DNA of 64,000 bases from Gammaproteobacteria bacterium Gsub (GCA_002007405.1 JYIN01000013.1:6009-70008), one strand, 5' to 3'; numbered from the stretch's first letter, positions 47,220 through 59,337 are shown. The notes: a model not told the origin generated them from the letters alone. Numbers and translations are program-made.

Positions 47220-49683
47220 CGCTGATTTAGGCAATATCAATGACAAAGATAGTGTTATCTTGGCAAATAATCGTCAAGTTCTGGCATTTCAACGGACTTG
47301 GGGTTTGCAAAAAGGCACATTGCCCCTACCACAAGTGTTGTCATGGCAACAATATTTGCAGCAAACTTGGCGTCGCATTGAGCCTAACACTTTAAAACGC
47401 TTAATCTCACCCGTTGAATCCAGAATATTGATTGCCCAATCGATACAAAAATTGGGACAGGTTGTTGAAAATCGCTTATTAGACGAGATTATTAAAAATA
47501 TGGATTATTGTAATGCACATTTAATTGGCTTAGCGCAATTACAACAATCAAATATTCAAAGTTGCACACTATTTAGCAAGTGGATACAAGCCTACCAAAC
47601 AACCAAACTTAAACAAAATCTAATTGATACAGGCGATTTATCCCAATACATTATTAACACCCAAGCAGATATTATCAAACCCTATATTTATGGTTTTAAA
47701 ACCCTCACCCCAGAGCAATCTCAGTTTTTTAAACATGTGGGTTATCATCTTTTAAAGGCAAATGATACCCACACCAAAAGCAGGAATATCAGTTTTAAAA
47801 CCAGTGATGAAGAATATAGTGCTGTCGCTAAATGGGCACTGGATTTACATACAAAACACCCAAACAAGCGCATCGCAATTGTAAGCCCACAGCTCAATAA
47901 TGAACACTACCGAGTACGCTCTATTTTTGACCAAGTATTTGATGATGTACTGAATGAAACTGGGCAAAAAGCCTATAACATTTCCCTAGGCTTGCCGTTT
48001 ACACAATATCCGCTGATTCAACAATTATTATCAATTTTACAGTTTTGCCAACAATTACAAAAAGGACAGATTGACACTGAGACATTTAACACCGTTGTTA
48101 CCTCAGCTTATATTACCGCTGCCAATGCTGAGCGTTCTGCGCGAGCATTATTGGTTAATCGGATTCTATCTTGGTCGCAGACGCATTTTAAATTGGACAA
48201 ATTAAAGTCTTATTTATCAAACACACCGCAGTTAAAAATAATCATTGATGCTATTGTCAAACAACCAAAACAGCCTAAACAAAAACATGATAAATGGCTA
48301 CTGTATTTTAATACTTGCCTGCACTTATGCGGGTTTTTAACCGACAGAACACTGTCTAGCGATGAATATCAATTATTTAATAAATATCAGCAAACCAGTC
48401 TTGGTCTAAACCAGCTGGTGCAAATTAAAGGCAAAGTGGGTGGTGGGCAGGCTGTGATGGATTTGCAAAATTGGCTTTCACAGATTATTTTTCAAGCAAA
48501 ATCTGCTAAAACACCCATTCAAATACTGGGTAGTTTAGAGGCTGAGGGTTTGTATTTTGATGCTGCCTGGGTGCTGGGAATGAGTGATGATTTTCTGCCA
48601 GCAGCGCTTAATTCACCACGATTTATCCCATCAAATATTGCAACAGCGCACCAAATTCCGCATAGTAATTTTGAACTGATTGCCAAAGACAGTAAAGATA
48701 CACTCAGAAATTTAATCAACCTTGCTGACACAGTGACTTTTAGTTATGCCAAAACCCATCTTCAACGCCAACAAATTGGCTCGCCACTGCTTGATTTTAA
48801 ACACCAACTTAGAGCCCCAAAAACGGTGCAAAAAGTACTGTTATCGGAAAATTTAATTGATAAAAAAACCCAGCCTTTGGCTACCACTCGAGTGAGCGGT
48901 GGAGTGGATATTTTAAAAAACCAAATGGCGTGTGCCTTTAAAGGGTTTGTCCATCGGCTCAATATTCCCTATTTTGAGCCACCATATATTGGACTAAATC
49001 GCATGCAGCAAGGGGAGATTGCACATAGAGTTTTAGAAAAAATTTATCAAACTGTGCACTCACACAGCCAACTTTTGGCTTATAGTGAGAGTGAATTAAA
49101 ACATTTAATCAGTGCCTTTATTACTCAAGTATTAAACTATTATCCTCAATCTGGTTTTCTTAAAATTGAAAAAAAACGGCTACTGCAGTTGCTAGAAAAA
49201 TTTATCAATATTGAAAAACAACGCAATGAATTTAGCGTGCTTACCACCGAGCAAACGCTAACAGCAGATATAAATGGTCTAAATTTCAACATTCGCCTCG
49301 ACCGCGTGGATGAAGTAGAAAATGGCGAGCATATCGTGTTTGATTATAAAACTGGCAATATCCCAAACAACCCATGGTGTGGCAATCCAATCAAAGAGCC
49401 GCAATTGCCCATTTATGCTTTGAATAAAAAAGTTGATGGGGTGGCTTTTATTCACGCCACAATTGATAAAATTAAATATATTGGGCTGAGTAAAAGCGAG
49501 AATACGCTCCCCAACAAAACCAAACACAAAGCTTGTGCCAATTGGGAGCAACAACTTAGACTCTGGAAAAACCAATTAGAACAAGCCAGCAAAGACTATC
49601 AAACAGGCAAGGCGGAAGTATTGCCAACAAAAAATGCTTGTGATTATTGTGAATATGACTCACTTTGTCGCATTGAGAAATAA
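47209..49683 (+). CDS. PD-(D/E)XK nuclease superfamily protein, AddB-like (start ATG 47209 preferred over TTG 47191)
   Basis: C-terminal RLDRVDE...IVFDYKTG nuclease motif and Cys cluster [10 protein letters not shown] typical of AddB/RecB-type Fe-S nuclease domains; no Walker A seen. Confidence 0.6.
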   Translation: MWINADLGNINDKDSVILANNRQVLAFQRTWGLQKGTLPLPQVLSWQQYLQQTWRRIEPNTLKRLISPVESRILIAQSIQKLGQVVENRLLDEIIKNMDYCNAHLIGLAQLQQSNIQSCTLFSKWIQAYQTTKLKQNLIDTGDLSQYIINTQADIIKPYIYGFKTLTPEQSQFFKHVGYHLLKANDTHTKSRNISFKTSDEEYSAVAKWALDLHTKHPNKRIAIVSPQLNNEHYRVRSIFDQVFDDVLNETGQKAYNISLGLPFTQYPLIQQLLSILQFCQQLQKGQIDTETFNTVVTSAYITAANAERSARALLVNRILSWSQTHFKLDKLKSYLSNTPQLKIIIDAIVKQPKQPKQKHDKWLLYFNTCLHLCGFLTDRTLSSDEYQLFNKYQQTSLGLNQLVQIKGKVGGGQAVMDLQNWLSQIIFQAKSAKTPIQILGSLEAEGLYFDAAWVLGMSDDFLPAALNSPRFIPSNIATAHQIPHSNFELIAKDSKDTLRNLINLADTVTFSYAKTHLQRQQIGSPLLDFKHQLRAPKTVQKVLLSENLIDKKTQPLATTRVSGGVDILKNQMACAFKGFVHRLNIPYFEPPYIGLNRMQQGEIAHRVLEKIYQTVHSHSQLLAYSESELKHLISAFITQVLNYYPQSGFLKIEKKRLLQLLEKFINIEKQRNEFSVLTTEQTLTADINGLNFNIRLDRVDEVENGEHIVFDYKTGNIPNNPWCGNPIKEPQLPIYALNKKVDGVAFIHATIDKIKYIGLSKSENTLPNKTKHKACANWEQQLRLWKNQLEQASKDYQTGKAEVLPTKNACDYCEYDSLCRIEK

Positions 49684-50748
49684 TTTAATAACCCGAATCC
49701 TCTCATTATAGATTGCGCTCACAATATCAGTTTTTTCTAAATCTGCGGTCTTAATATGACTGAGTTGATTTTGAACAACAACAACAGACTCAACATCAAT
49801 GCCCAATAATCTAAACGCCTGCAATAAATCGGAAAACCGTCTCTTGCGTCTGAATGCATCGGTTTTATTAAAAAACGCCAACACCGCCTGCGCACGATGC
49901 TGAGTAAAAATGCTGACAAAAACTTTCCACCTACTGGTTAATAGGGCAAGTTGTTGATAATCTTTAGGGCATTTAATCCATTGAGATAGTTTTTTAATCG
50001 CATTTTCGGACTCATCACTTAGCCAAATGGCAAATTTTATCTGCGCTTTATCCACGCCTAAATTGTCTAAAAATTCAAATTCATTGGTGTGTGTTTTTCG
50101 CAACCCCATATTTTTAATTGAGGGAAACACTTTAGGATAGGCGCCACAAGCACACAATACTTTAAAAAATGCTGATGGCGTGGTATATGAAAGCGCTTTA
50201 TCCAATTCTTTAAACACACGCTCGGGTGTGAGTGCATCAACCTCGCCCGACTCAACCATTTGACACATAAGCCTGTGTGTTGGATGTGCTACTTTAAAAC
50301 CCAATGACTTGAATTTCGCTGCAAACCTTGCTACCCGTAAAATACGCACTGGATCTTCGCTAAAAGCGATAGATATATGACGCAGTAATCCATTGTCTAA
50401 ATCTTGCCTCCCATTGAATGGATCAAACAAAATGCCATCTTTTTCTGCCATGGCATTAATGGTTAAGTCACGGCGAGATAAATCCTGCTCAAGAGTTACT
50501 GTTTTGGAAGTATCAAATTCAAAGCCTTTATATCCCACACCAACTTTGCGCTCAACTCTAGCAAGTGCATATTCTTCGCGTGTATCGGGGTGTAAAAATA
50601 CGGGAAAACTTTTACCCACTTGACGATAGCCGAGCCCCAACATCTCTTCAATTGAACTACCAACCACCAGCCAATCTTTTTCGACCTTATCATTGGCTAT
50701 GCCTAATAGGCGGTCACGCACTATACCACCAACTAAATATTTTTCCAT
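49660..50748 (-). CDS. cca: CCA-adding tRNA nucleotidyltransferase
   Basis: [22 protein letters not shown] polymerase-beta-family head motifs. Confidence 0.85.
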   Translation of the reverse strand: MEKYLVGGIVRDRLLGIANDKVEKDWLVVGSSIEEMLGLGYRQVGKSFPVFLHPDTREEYALARVERKVGVGYKGFEFDTSKTVTLEQDLSRRDLTINAMAEKDGILFDPFNGRQDLDNGLLRHISIAFSEDPVRILRVARFAAKFKSLGFKVAHPTHRLMCQMVESGEVDALTPERVFKELDKALSYTTPSAFFKVLCACGAYPKVFPSIKNMGLRKTHTNEFEFLDNLGVDKAQIKFAIWLSDESENAIKKLSQWIKCPKDYQQLALLTSRWKVFVSIFTQHRAQAVLAFFNKTDAFRRKRRFSDLLQAFRLLGIDVESVVVVQNQLSHIKTADLEKTDIVSAIYNERIRVIKLFLNATK

Positions 50749-50782
50749 AGTTTATTTTTTAAAATACACCTATAATACCCTA

Positions 50783-51148
50783 ATGAATTTAGACAAATTA
50801 ACCCCAGAACAATTTCGAGTTACCCAACAAAGTGGGACCGAATCACCTTTTACTGGGAAATATTACAACTGCCATGAAAATGGAGACTATGTTTGTATCT
50901 GCTGTGGGCAATTATTATTTTCATCTACTACCAAATTTGATTCTGGTTCTGGCTGGCCTAGTTTTTATGATATTGCACACGCCGATAGCGTTAAATTAAT
51001 TGATGATAATTCACACGGCATGAAGCGCGTAGAGGTGTGTTGTAAAAATTGTGATGCCCATTTAGGGCATGTATTTCCCGATGGTCCCAAACCAACCAAA
51101 CAACGCTATTGCATCAATTCTGCTGCATTAGACTTTAAAAAATCATAA
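50783..51148 (+). CDS. msrB: Peptide-methionine (R)-S-oxide reductase MsrB (start at ATG 50783)
   Basis: Zn motifs CICCGQ and [12 protein letters not shown], catalytic RYCINSAAL. Confidence 0.9.
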   Translation: MNLDKLTPEQFRVTQQSGTESPFTGKYYNCHENGDYVCICCGQLLFSSTTKFDSGSGWPSFYDIAHADSVKLIDDNSHGMKRVEVCCKNCDAHLGHVFPDGPKPTKQRYCINSAALDFKKS

Positions 51149-52467
51149 TGCACATCCATATCCTGGGTATTGCTGGGACTTTTATGGGGTCATTGGCTTT
51201 GATTGGCAAACAACTCGGGCATAAAATTACGGGTATGGATGACAACATTTATCCACCAATGAGCACCCAATTAGCCGAACAAAACATCTCTTATACGCAA
51301 GGTTATCAACCCAAAGACCTGCCTGAAGCTGATATATTTATTATTGGCAATGCTCTCACCCGTGGTAATGCTTGCGTTGAAGAAATCCTAAGCCAACAAT
51401 ACTGCCACACTTCAGGCGCACAATGGCTGGGTGAAAATGTATTAAGAGATAAGTGGGTGCTTGCTGTGAGTGGCACTCACGGTAAAACCACCACCGCCAG
51501 TATGCTGGCTTGGATATTAGAATATGCAGGTTATAATCCGAGTTTTTTAATCGGTGGGGTGGCACAAAATTTTTCCACTTCATCAAGGCTTACCGACTCC
51601 AATTTTTTTGTGCTTGAAGCAGATGAATACGACAGTGCATTTTTTGATAAACGCTCAAAATTTTTGCATTATAGACCAAAAACTTTGGTAATTAACAATC
51701 TTGAATTTGACCATAGCGATATTTTTGATTCCCTAGCAGATATTCAAACCCAATTCCACCACCTTATTCGCACCCTACCCAAAGAGACTTTAATCATTTA
51801 CCCACAAAACAATACCTCAATTAACCAAGTTTTGGATAAAGGGGTTTTTTCAATGACCCAAACCCTACCGTCATCAAGTCTTGAGAACAGTGCATCTGGT
51901 AGCGCATTTAATGTTGAGGGAAATAATCGGGTTAATTGGTCTTTGCTGGGAGAACACAATATGCAAAATGGCTTGAGTGCCATTTATGCTGCTCATCACG
52001 CTGGTGTTGCAATTGATGTAGCTTGCAAAGCATTAGCAACTTTCAAAGGAGTTAAACGGCGTCTGGAAATTAAATATCAACGCGGGGCAATCATCTTATA
52101 TGACGACTTTGCCCATCACCCCAGTGCGATTAAAGCCACCCTTTCGGGTCTGCGCGTCAAAGTTGGCAATGCGCCTATTATTGCCATTTTAGAGTTGCGC
52201 TCTAACGCCATGAAATCCGGCGCTCATCAACAAAATTTAGCAGATTCACTGAAGGGTGCTGACCAAGTATTGGTATTACGACCCGCCAACCTTAACTGGA
52301 ATATTGACGCTATTTTTAACAGTAACGATTTGTTCGATTCGGTGGATGCCATCCTTGAGAAAATAAGCCCAGTTGAAAAAGGGCATATTGTCATTATGTC
52401 AAATGGTGAATTTGGGGATATTCACAATAAACTGATTGGCATTTTACAAAAACGGAAAAACATCTAG
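51148..52467 (+). CDS. mpl: UDP-N-acetylmuramate:L-alanyl-gamma-D-glutamyl-meso-diaminopimelate ligase
   Basis: [14 protein letters not shown], Mur ligase P-loop SGTHGKTTT, EADEYDSAFFDKRSKF. Confidence 0.9.
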   Translation: MHIHILGIAGTFMGSLALIGKQLGHKITGMDDNIYPPMSTQLAEQNISYTQGYQPKDLPEADIFIIGNALTRGNACVEEILSQQYCHTSGAQWLGENVLRDKWVLAVSGTHGKTTTASMLAWILEYAGYNPSFLIGGVAQNFSTSSRLTDSNFFVLEADEYDSAFFDKRSKFLHYRPKTLVINNLEFDHSDIFDSLADIQTQFHHLIRTLPKETLIIYPQNNTSINQVLDKGVFSMTQTLPSSSLENSASGSAFNVEGNNRVNWSLLGEHNMQNGLSAIYAAHHAGVAIDVACKALATFKGVKRRLEIKYQRGAIILYDDFAHHPSAIKATLSGLRVKVGNAPIIAILELRSNAMKSGAHQQNLADSLKGADQVLVLRPANLNWNIDAIFNSNDLFDSVDAILEKISPVEKGHIVIMSNGEFGDIHNKLIGILQKRKNI

Positions 52468-52480
52468 GCTCAAGTAAAAA

Positions 52481-52927
52481 TCAGCTGAGTTTTGCCCGAA
52501 TTAAGTTAGATACTGTACCCATATCAGCCTTACCGCTGAGTTGTTCTTTTGCAATCTTCATCAGTTTGCCCATATCTGCCATAGAAGTAGCACCAACATC
52601 AGTAATCATCTTATCAACAGCAGTGCTAACTTGTGCCTCAGACAGTTGTGCTGGCATATAATGATTGAGAATGGCAAGTTCATCTTCTTCAACATCAACT
52701 AGATCGGTGCGGTCTGCTGCTTTGAATTGAACAATAGAGTCTTTGCGTTGTTTGACCATTTTTTGAATAACGCTCAATATTTGGCGCTCATCAAGCACAA
52801 TACGCTCATCTATCTCCTTTTGCTTAATTGCCTCTAGAATCATACGAATGGCTCTAAGTGTATTTTTGTCTTTTGCCTTCATTGCTGATTTCATATCAGC
52901 CTCAATGCGTTGTTTCATCTCAGACAT
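52481..52927 (-). CDS. GatB/YqeY domain protein
   Basis: 148 aa, MKSAMKAKD...LRAIRMILEAIKQKEID pattern typical of YqeY. Confidence 0.8.
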   Translation of the reverse strand: MSEMKQRIEADMKSAMKAKDKNTLRAIRMILEAIKQKEIDERIVLDERQILSVIQKMVKQRKDSIVQFKAADRTDLVDVEEDELAILNHYMPAQLSEAQVSTAVDKMITDVGATSMADMGKLMKIAKEQLSGKADMGTVSNLIRAKLS

Positions 52928-52952
52928 AGTAAATTAGGCATCTTAAAGGCAA

Positions 52953-53168
52953 TCAATACATGCGTCTGCGACGGATGCGATTTTTAGCCATTTCTTTATG
53001 GGTGCGTTTAATAGCAGCAGCTTTCATACGCTTATTAACCCAAGTGGGTTTTTCATAAAATTCTTTTTTTCTAACATCAACAATAACCCCAGCCCTGTCA
53101 CATGAGCGACGAAAGCGGCGTAGGGCAATATCAAATGGTTCGTTCTCTCTTACTTTAATTGAGGGCAT
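52953..53168 (-). CDS. rpsU: 30S ribosomal protein S21
   Basis: [27 protein letters not shown]... matches S21. Confidence 0.95.
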   Translation of the reverse strand: MPSIKVRENEPFDIALRRFRRSCDRAGVIVDVRKKEFYEKPTWVNKRMKAAAIKRTHKEMAKNRIRRRRMY

Positions 53169-53183
53169 ATTGTCTTTTTTCCT

Positions 53184-53612
53184 TTACGATTCTGTGGTTT
53201 GTGTACCATCAATCTCTATGTCTTTAGAATCGTTGGTATCCACAGTGGGAGTGCTATTGAAATCAACCAATTGTACAATCGCCATTGGGGCTTTGTCACC
53301 AGTGCGAAAGCCTGCTTTTAAAATACGGATATAGCCACCAGGACGGTCTTTGTAAAAGGGACCTAACTCGGTAAATAACTTAGCCACCATGGCACTATCA
53401 CGAAGTTTGGCAAAGGCACGGCGACGGTTGGCAATGTTATCAATCTTGGCTTTGGTAATAAGTGGCTCAACCACACGACGAAGCTCTTTTGCTTTAGGTA
53501 GCGTTGTTTTTATGGTCTCATAGAGAAACAATGAATTTGCCATATTCTTAAACATCGCCCTGCGGTGAGAGGCGTTACGATTAAGTTGTCTGCCTGACTT
53601 TCTGTGTCTCAT
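53184..53612 (-). CDS. rplQ: 50S ribosomal protein L17
   Basis: [24 protein letters not shown]... matches L17; follows rpoA. Confidence 0.95.
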   Translation of the reverse strand: MRHRKSGRQLNRNASHRRAMFKNMANSLFLYETIKTTLPKAKELRRVVEPLITKAKIDNIANRRRAFAKLRDSAMVAKLFTELGPFYKDRPGGYIRILKAGFRTGDKAPMAIVQLVDFNSTPTVDTNDSKDIEIDGTQTTES

Positions 53613-53630
53613 GTTAATTTATACCTTTGC

Positions 53631-54611
53631 TTATTCACTCATTAAATCAACAGGTGGCCAGTTTTCAATGGTTACACCTAATTCAAAACCTTTTTCGGTT
53701 AGTACCTTTTTAATTTCATTAAGTGATTTGCGACCTAAATTAGGTGTTCTTAATAATTCTTGCTCAGACTTTTGAATTAAATCACCAATGTAGTAAATTT
53801 GCTCTGCTTTTAAGCAGTTTGCACTACGCACGGTTAATTCTAACTCATCTACCGCCGCTAATAATTGCGGATCAAAGTCATCAGATACTGGCAAAGCCTT
53901 TTCCTCTTCAAGTAATTCCAATTCAACAAATGAAGAAAGTTGCTCTTGGAGAATAGTTGCTGCGCGTTTAATCGCAGATTCTGCATCCACAGAACCATTG
54001 GTTTCAATAATAATATTGAGTTTATCAAGATTAACTTCTTGCTCAACACGCGCCGAATCTACCGTAAAACTAACGCGTTTAATTGGCGAAAAACTGGCAT
54101 CTAACTGCATACCGCCAATAGTTGATGCCTCATCACCACGGGCTGATGCCTTGTCATAACCAATGCCAGTGCCAATTTTAAGCATCATGCGTATATGCCC
54201 GCCCTCATTCACAGTGGCAATGACCTTATCCGCATTAAATACTGAAATATCCACACCATTCTCTTCAATATCAGCAACCGTGATTACATAAGGACCTTTT
54301 TTATCAATCACCACTTCAGCATTTTCACTGGTGTTGAGTGCCACCGACACTTCTTTGAGGTTTAATAAAATGTCTAATACATCTTCCTGCACGCCATCAA
54401 TGGTTGAAAATTCGTGCATTACGCCATCAATGGCGACTTCTGTTACTGCCGAACCTACCATAGAAGATAATAAGGTTCTTCTAATGGCATTGCCTAGTGT
54501 ATGTCCAAAGCCTCTTTCTAAAGGCTCAAGAATAACTTGATATTCGTTGTTGCCTGTTTGGGTTGACTCGACTAATTTTGGCTTTAAAAAATCTCCTGCG
54601 CTACCTTGCAT
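53631..54611 (-). CDS. rpoA: DNA-directed RNA polymerase alpha subunit (start at ATG 54609-54611)
   Basis: [19 protein letters not shown]-terminal domain; C-terminal domain [14 protein letters not shown]. Confidence 0.95.
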   Translation of the reverse strand: MQGSAGDFLKPKLVESTQTGNNEYQVILEPLERGFGHTLGNAIRRTLLSSMVGSAVTEVAIDGVMHEFSTIDGVQEDVLDILLNLKEVSVALNTSENAEVVIDKKGPYVITVADIEENGVDISVFNADKVIATVNEGGHIRMMLKIGTGIGYDKASARGDEASTIGGMQLDASFSPIKRVSFTVDSARVEQEVNLDKLNIIIETNGSVDAESAIKRAATILQEQLSSFVELELLEEEKALPVSDDFDPQLLAAVDELELTVRSANCLKAEQIYYIGDLIQKSEQELLRTPNLGRKSLNEIKKVLTEKGFELGVTIENWPPVDLMSE

Positions 54612-54621
54612 AATATGTCCT

Positions 54622-55248
54622 TTATTTTGAATATAACTCAACAATTAAATGCTCTTCAATATCTGACGACAATTCATCACGAGTTGGAGCATTCTTAAAT
54701 ATTCCTTTCAGGGTTTTATTATCTACATCAACCCAATCCACTTGAGCATTTTGTTCGGCTAATTCAATGGCTAATTGAATACGGTTTTGTTTTTTGGCTT
54801 TTTCTCTGATGGAAATTTCATCATTGCTACGCACTTGATGAGAAGGAATATTAACCACACAGCCATTCACCAAAATAGACTTGTGGGTAACTAATTGCCT
54901 TGCCTCAGCGCGTGTCGCACCAAAACCCATACGATAAACCACATTGTCCAAACGACACTCTAATAGAGACAATAGGTTTTCACCCGTGGAACCGCGTTTT
55001 TGAGAGGCTTTTTTATAATACAGGTGAAATTGCTTTTCTAAAATCCCATAAATGCGTCTTACTTTTTGTTTTTCACGCAGTTGTAGGCCGTATTCTGTGC
55101 CTTTTTGACGACGGGCATTAGCACCGTGCATACCAGGTAACTGAGAAACTCTACATTTGGAATCTAGCGTTCTAATACCGCTTTTAAGAAATAAGTCACT
55201 GCCTTCGCGGCGTGCTAATTTACAAGTAGGTCCAGTATATCTAGCCAT
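54622..55248 (-). CDS. rpsD: 30S ribosomal protein S4
   Basis: [16 protein letters not shown]... matches S4. Confidence 0.95.
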   Translation of the reverse strand: MARYTGPTCKLARREGSDLFLKSGIRTLDSKCRVSQLPGMHGANARRQKGTEYGLQLREKQKVRRIYGILEKQFHLYYKKASQKRGSTGENLLSLLECRLDNVVYRMGFGATRAEARQLVTHKSILVNGCVVNIPSHQVRSNDEISIREKAKKQNRIQLAIELAEQNAQVDWVDVDNKTLKGIFKNAPTRDELSSDIEEHLIVELYSK

Positions 55249-55256
55249 AATTTATT

Positions 55257-55640
55257 CTATACCCTGCGTTTTTTAGAAGGACGACAACCATTATGGGGAA
55301 TTGGCGTTACATCTGTGATTGATTGAATTTTTAAACCTTGTGCGTTAAGACCGCGAATTGCAGAATCTCTACCAGGACCGGGACCTTTAACCCGAATTTC
55401 TAAGTTTTTCACCCCCAAAGCCAATGCTTTTTCACCACAATTTCCAGCGGCCACTTGTGCTGCAAATGGGGTTGATTTTCTTGAACCTCTAAATCCAGAC
55501 CCACCTGAGGTTGCCCAGCAAATTGCATTTCCATGACGGTCAGTAATCATGACAACGGTGTTGTTAAAAGTTGCATGAATATGTGCAATGCCATCAGTAA
55601 TAACTTTTTTTGATTTCTTTTTTACTGCTGCTTTAGCCAT
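55257..55640 (-). CDS. rpsK: 30S ribosomal protein S11
   Basis: [18 protein letters not shown]...[14 protein letters not shown] matches S11. Confidence 0.95.
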   Translation of the reverse strand: MAKAAVKKKSKKVITDGIAHIHATFNNTVVMITDRHGNAICWATSGGSGFRGSRKSTPFAAQVAAGNCGEKALALGVKNLEIRVKGPGPGRDSAIRGLNAQGLKIQSITDVTPIPHNGCRPSKKRRV

Positions 55641-55655
55641 AATATCTGTCTATGA

Positions 55656-56009
55656 TTATTTAATTAAACGCCGAGGACCTTTACGAGTTCTGGCGTTTGT
55701 TTTAGTTCTTTGTCCACGAACAGGTAATGATTTTCTATGGCGAATCCCGCGGTAACAGCCCAAATCTCGCAGACGCTTAATATTGGTTGAAATTTGGCGA
55801 CGAAGATCGCCCTCGACTTCAAACTCAGTAATGGCATCACGGATTAACTCTAATTGTTTTTCATTCAAATCAGAAACCTTAGTGGCAGGAGGTAATTTTG
55901 CTTGCGTGCAAATCATTTGTGCCCGCGTCCTCCCAATACCAAAAATTGATTGCAAACCAATGACAACATGTTTGTGTGTTGGAATGTTAATCCCCGCTAT
56001 TCTTGCCAT
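55656..56009 (-). CDS. rpsM: 30S ribosomal protein S13
   Basis: [19 protein letters not shown]... matches S13. Confidence 0.95.
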   Translation of the reverse strand: MARIAGINIPTHKHVVIGLQSIFGIGRTRAQMICTQAKLPPATKVSDLNEKQLELIRDAITEFEVEGDLRRQISTNIKRLRDLGCYRGIRHRKSLPVRGQRTKTNARTRKGPRRLIK

Positions 56010-56123
56010 TTATATTTTTCCTCTATCCTCTTCTATCCTCTAATAATTATCTCAGCCGACAAAAATCAAAAAACCGCGATTATACCTTGCACCTGTTTTG
56101 ATGTCAATTTGAATTTAATAAAA

Positions 56124-56237
56124 TTAACCTTGTCTTTGCTTGTGTCTGGGTTCTTTGCAAATAACCCGCACCACGCCATGGCGTTTAATAACTTTGCAAT
56201 TATTACAAACTTTTTTAACCGATGCTCTTACTTTCAT
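56124..56237 (-). CDS. rpmJ: 50S ribosomal protein L36 (37 aa; not in ORF track)
   Basis: Minus-strand translation [37 protein letters not shown]; between secY and rpsM as expected. Confidence 0.93.
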   Translation of the reverse strand: MKVRASVKKVCNNCKVIKRHGVVRVICKEPRHKQRQG

Positions 56238-56259
56238 AATTCCTACCTTAAATTAGTAT

Positions 56260-57558
56260 TTAGTTTAAACCTGCCTTTTTCATCAAAGATTCGTATTGAT
56301 TAGACATTAAATGCGACTGTGTTTGGGCAATAAAATCCATCACTACAACTACAATAATCAGCAAACTGGTGCCACCAAAATAAAACGGCACATTCCAATA
56401 TAGAATTAAAAATTCTGGCAATAAACAAACTGCAGTAATATAAATTGCACCTGATGCAGTGAGGCGTGACATAACAGAATCAATATAATTGGCTGAGTGC
56501 TGACCAGGGCGGATACCGGGGATAAAGCCGCCTGATTTACGCAAATTATCTGCAGTATCTTTTGAATCAAAAGTAAGTGCTGTATAGAAAAAGGTAAAAA
56601 ATACAATTGCCAAACCATACAACAATACATACAAAGGCTGCCCCGGCGAGAGACTACTAACCACTTTATCAAGCCAAGTAAGATCTCCACCTTGTGAAAA
56701 CCAGCCACCTAAAGTGGTTGGAAACAAAATAATACTAGAGGCGAAAATCGGAGGGATAACGCCTGCCATGTTAATCTTAAGTGGCAAATATGAGCTTTGA
56801 CCACCGACCATTCTACGCCCCTGCTGACGCTTAGCATAATTGACGGTAATACGGCGTTGTCCGCGTTCCATAAACACTACAAAAGCGGTTACTAATAAAG
56901 TCATAGCCAATAAAATAATCATCAAAATAACACTCAATTCGCCTGTAGATACCAGTGATAAAGTAGACCCCAATGCTGATGGCAGTCCAGAAACAATGCC
57001 TGCAAAAATAATCATTGAAATACCGTTGCCAATGCCTTTTTCAGTAATCTGTTCGCCAAGCCACATTAAAAATAATGTGCCTGTTGTTAGTGTAACTACG
57101 GTAACTACACTAAAAGTAAAGCCAGTTTGGGTAACCAGTGCCACCCCGCCAGCACTTTGTGATTGCAGAGCAATAGAGATACCATATGACTGGAACACCG
57201 CTAAAATAACAGTTCCCATGCGTGTATATTGGGTAATTTTACGCTTACCGCTTTCGCCTTCTTTTCTCAATTGTTCTAACTTTGGCACCATTGTTGTCAT
57301 TAATTGAATAATAATGGATGCTGAAATATAGGGCATGATGCCGAGAGTAAAAATTGACAATCTTTCTAATGCCCCACCAGAAAACATATTAAACATATCT
57401 AATATTGTGCCTTGTTGATCCTGCACCAATGAGGCAAGTGCGATGCTTGAAATAAACGGAATGGTAATGTGAGTACCAAGCCTAAAAATAACCAACGCCC
57501 CGAGTAAAAATAAGATGCGTTTGGATAAATCTTGTGAAAGACCTAAAGATTGGTTCAT
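56260..57558 (-). CDS. secY: Protein translocase subunit SecY
   Basis: 10-TM protein with [12 protein letters not shown] and GGTSLLI motifs; position after rplO. Confidence 0.95.
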   Translation of the reverse strand: MNQSLGLSQDLSKRILFLLGALVIFRLGTHITIPFISSIALASLVQDQQGTILDMFNMFSGGALERLSIFTLGIMPYISASIIIQLMTTMVPKLEQLRKEGESGKRKITQYTRMGTVILAVFQSYGISIALQSQSAGGVALVTQTGFTFSVVTVVTLTTGTLFLMWLGEQITEKGIGNGISMIIFAGIVSGLPSALGSTLSLVSTGELSVILMIILLAMTLLVTAFVVFMERGQRRITVNYAKRQQGRRMVGGQSSYLPLKINMAGVIPPIFASSIILFPTTLGGWFSQGGDLTWLDKVVSSLSPGQPLYVLLYGLAIVFFTFFYTALTFDSKDTADNLRKSGGFIPGIRPGQHSANYIDSVMSRLTASGAIYITAVCLLPEFLILYWNVPFYFGGTSLLIIVVVVMDFIAQTQSHLMSNQYESLMKKAGLN

Positions 57559-57561
57559 AAA

Positions 57562-57996
57562 TTACCCACCTACCGAGCCTTGGACCGCTTCAATCGCCGT
57601 TTTTGCACCTTGTGTTGCTTTGATGCCAACTAAATGAACTGCTCGGGTAATCTTACCAGAGCGTATGACCTTAACATGCTTGATGTTTTTCTCTACCAAG
57701 TTGTGTTGCTTTAAAACATTAAGACTAATTTCGGTTTCTGCTAACTTATTAAGTTCTGCCAAAGTTACCTGTGAAGTAACTCTCCCAATTCTTGAGGAAA
57801 AGCCTACTTTTGGCAGACGGCGTTGCAAAGGCATCTGCCCACCTTCAAAACCAATTTTAACAAAGCCACCTGAACGCGACCTCTGACCTTTGTGACCACG
57901 GCCACAAGTTTTACCAATACCACTGCCAATGCCGCGACCCACACGTTTTCTGGTTTTTTTCTCGCCTGCTACGGGCGCCAATGTATTTAATTGCAT
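57562..57996 (-). CDS. rplO: 50S ribosomal protein L15
   Basis: MQLNTL...[21 protein letters not shown] matches L15. Confidence 0.95.
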   Translation of the reverse strand: MQLNTLAPVAGEKKTRKRVGRGIGSGIGKTCGRGHKGQRSRSGGFVKIGFEGGQMPLQRRLPKVGFSSRIGRVTSQVTLAELNKLAETEISLNVLKQHNLVEKNIKHVKVIRSGKITRAVHLVGIKATQGAKTAIEAVQGSVGG

Positions 57997-58000
57997 GCTA

Positions 58001-58408
58001 TCAATCCTCTACTTTTAGTAAATAAGCCACTTTGTTAATCATGCCTCTAATTTCAGGTGTATCAGCCAGCTCTACACTGTGATTAATACGCTTGAGACCA
58101 AGACCGGTAATGGTTGCACGGTGTGCGGGCAAGCGACCATAAAAACTTTTAATCAAGGTAACGCTGAGAGTATTTTTCTTGGTAGTTGTTTTCTTTTTGG
58201 GTGTTTTGGGTGTTGTTTTTTGGGCAATGGGTTTTTTGGTGGCTACGGCTTTTGCAGATGCTTTTTTAAGACCTGCTGTTTTTACGGATGTTGTTTTTTT
58301 AGTCGTGGGTTTTTTAGTAGCTACGGCTTTTGCAGGTGCTTTTTTAACGGTAGATTTTGTGGCTACCTTCTTTGCTGGTGTTTTAACCGTTTTGTTATCT
58401 TCAGCCAT
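58001..58408 (-). CDS. rpmD: 50S ribosomal protein L30 with an approximately 80-aa Lys/Ala/Thr-rich N-terminal extension
   Basis: C-terminal 55 aa [55 protein letters not shown] match L30; only ATG is at 58406-58408, overlapping rpsE stop as TAATG. Confidence 0.8.
   Translation of the reverse strand: MAEDNKTVKTPAKKVATKSTVKKAPAKAVATKKPTTKKTTSVKTAGLKKASAKAVATKKPIAQKTTPKTPKKKTTTKKNTLSVTLIKSFYGRLPAHRATITGLGLKRINHSVELADTPEIRGMINKVAYLLKVED
58231..58348 (-). repeat. Tandem 78-nt (26-codon) repeat inside the rpmD extension
   Basis: 40-nt cores at 58231-58270 and 58309-58348 are 36/40 identical (gttttttRgtRgctacggcttttgcagRtgcttttttaa); encode KKA(P/S)AKAVATKKP. Confidence 0.7.
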
Positions 58409-58926
58409 TATCCTTCCTCAGTAATTTTTTCCACAGTCTTACCGCGTTTGGCAGCGACCAACTGTGGCGATGACATTGATGTTAGACCTTTAATGGTTGC
58501 CCGAACCACACTGATTGGATTACGCGTACCGTTACATTTTGCCAAAATATTATGCACTCCCACCGCCTCTAAAACACTGCGCATTGGACCCCCGGCAATA
58601 ACCCCTGTGCCTTCTGATGCGGGCTGCATATAAACCTTAGCTGCACCAGCGCTTACGATAATTGGGTAATGTAATGTGCCGTCTTTTAAAGGCACTTTTT
58701 TCATCACCTTCCTAGCTTTATCCATCGCTTTTTGAATGGCAATAGGTACTTCACGGGCTTTACCAGTGCCATACCCGACTTTGCCATTACCATCACCAAC
58801 CACAACGAGTGCTGAAAAGCCAAAAATACGCCCCCCTTTTACTACTTTGACAACACGACGAATATTAACCAATTTCTCAATGTAGTCGTCATCTTCATTA
58901 TTATTTTTATTTTTATATTCAGCCAT
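58408..58926 (-). CDS. rpsE: 30S ribosomal protein S5
   Basis: [34 protein letters not shown] matches S5. Confidence 0.95.
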   Translation of the reverse strand: MAEYKNKNNNEDDDYIEKLVNIRRVVKVVKGGRIFGFSALVVVGDGNGKVGYGTGKAREVPIAIQKAMDKARKVMKKVPLKDGTLHYPIIVSAGAAKVYMQPASEGTGVIAGGPMRSVLEAVGVHNILAKCNGTRNPISVVRATIKGLTSMSSPQLVAAKRGKTVEKITEEG

Positions 58927-58963
58927 TTCTACGCCTATTTTTTAATTACTTTAAAAATTTTCA

Positions 58964-59311
58964 TTAAAACTCCAAGCCACCATCTCTTGCTGCATCTGCC
59001 AACGCTTTGACGCGACCATGATATTTAAAACCAGAGCGGTCAAAAGCCACCTTGCCCACTTTGATTTTCTTTGCTGCTTTAGCAATCTCAGCGCCTATCT
59101 TTGTTGCTGCCTCTTTATTGCCTCCGTTTTTAATCTTGGCGGACAAAGTAGAAGCGGATGCCAATATTTTTGTGCCGCAGGCGCTAATAATCTGGGCATA
59201 AATGTGTTGCGAGGTTTTATGCACACACAAACGCACAGTATTGTTTTCAATATTTTTTGCCCTAAATTTGGTTGCCCTTCTTAAACGGGCATGTTTTTTG
59301 CTCAATTTCAT
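58964..59311 (-). CDS. rplR: 50S ribosomal protein L18
   Basis: [15 protein letters not shown]...[26 protein letters not shown] matches L18. Confidence 0.95.
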   Translation of the reverse strand: MKLSKKHARLRRATKFRAKNIENNTVRLCVHKTSQHIYAQIISACGTKILASASTLSAKIKNGGNKEAATKIGAEIAKAAKKIKVGKVAFDRSGFKYHGRVKALADAARDGGLEF

Positions 59312-59337
59312 AACTACTTCCTTAAATCTTATTGCTT

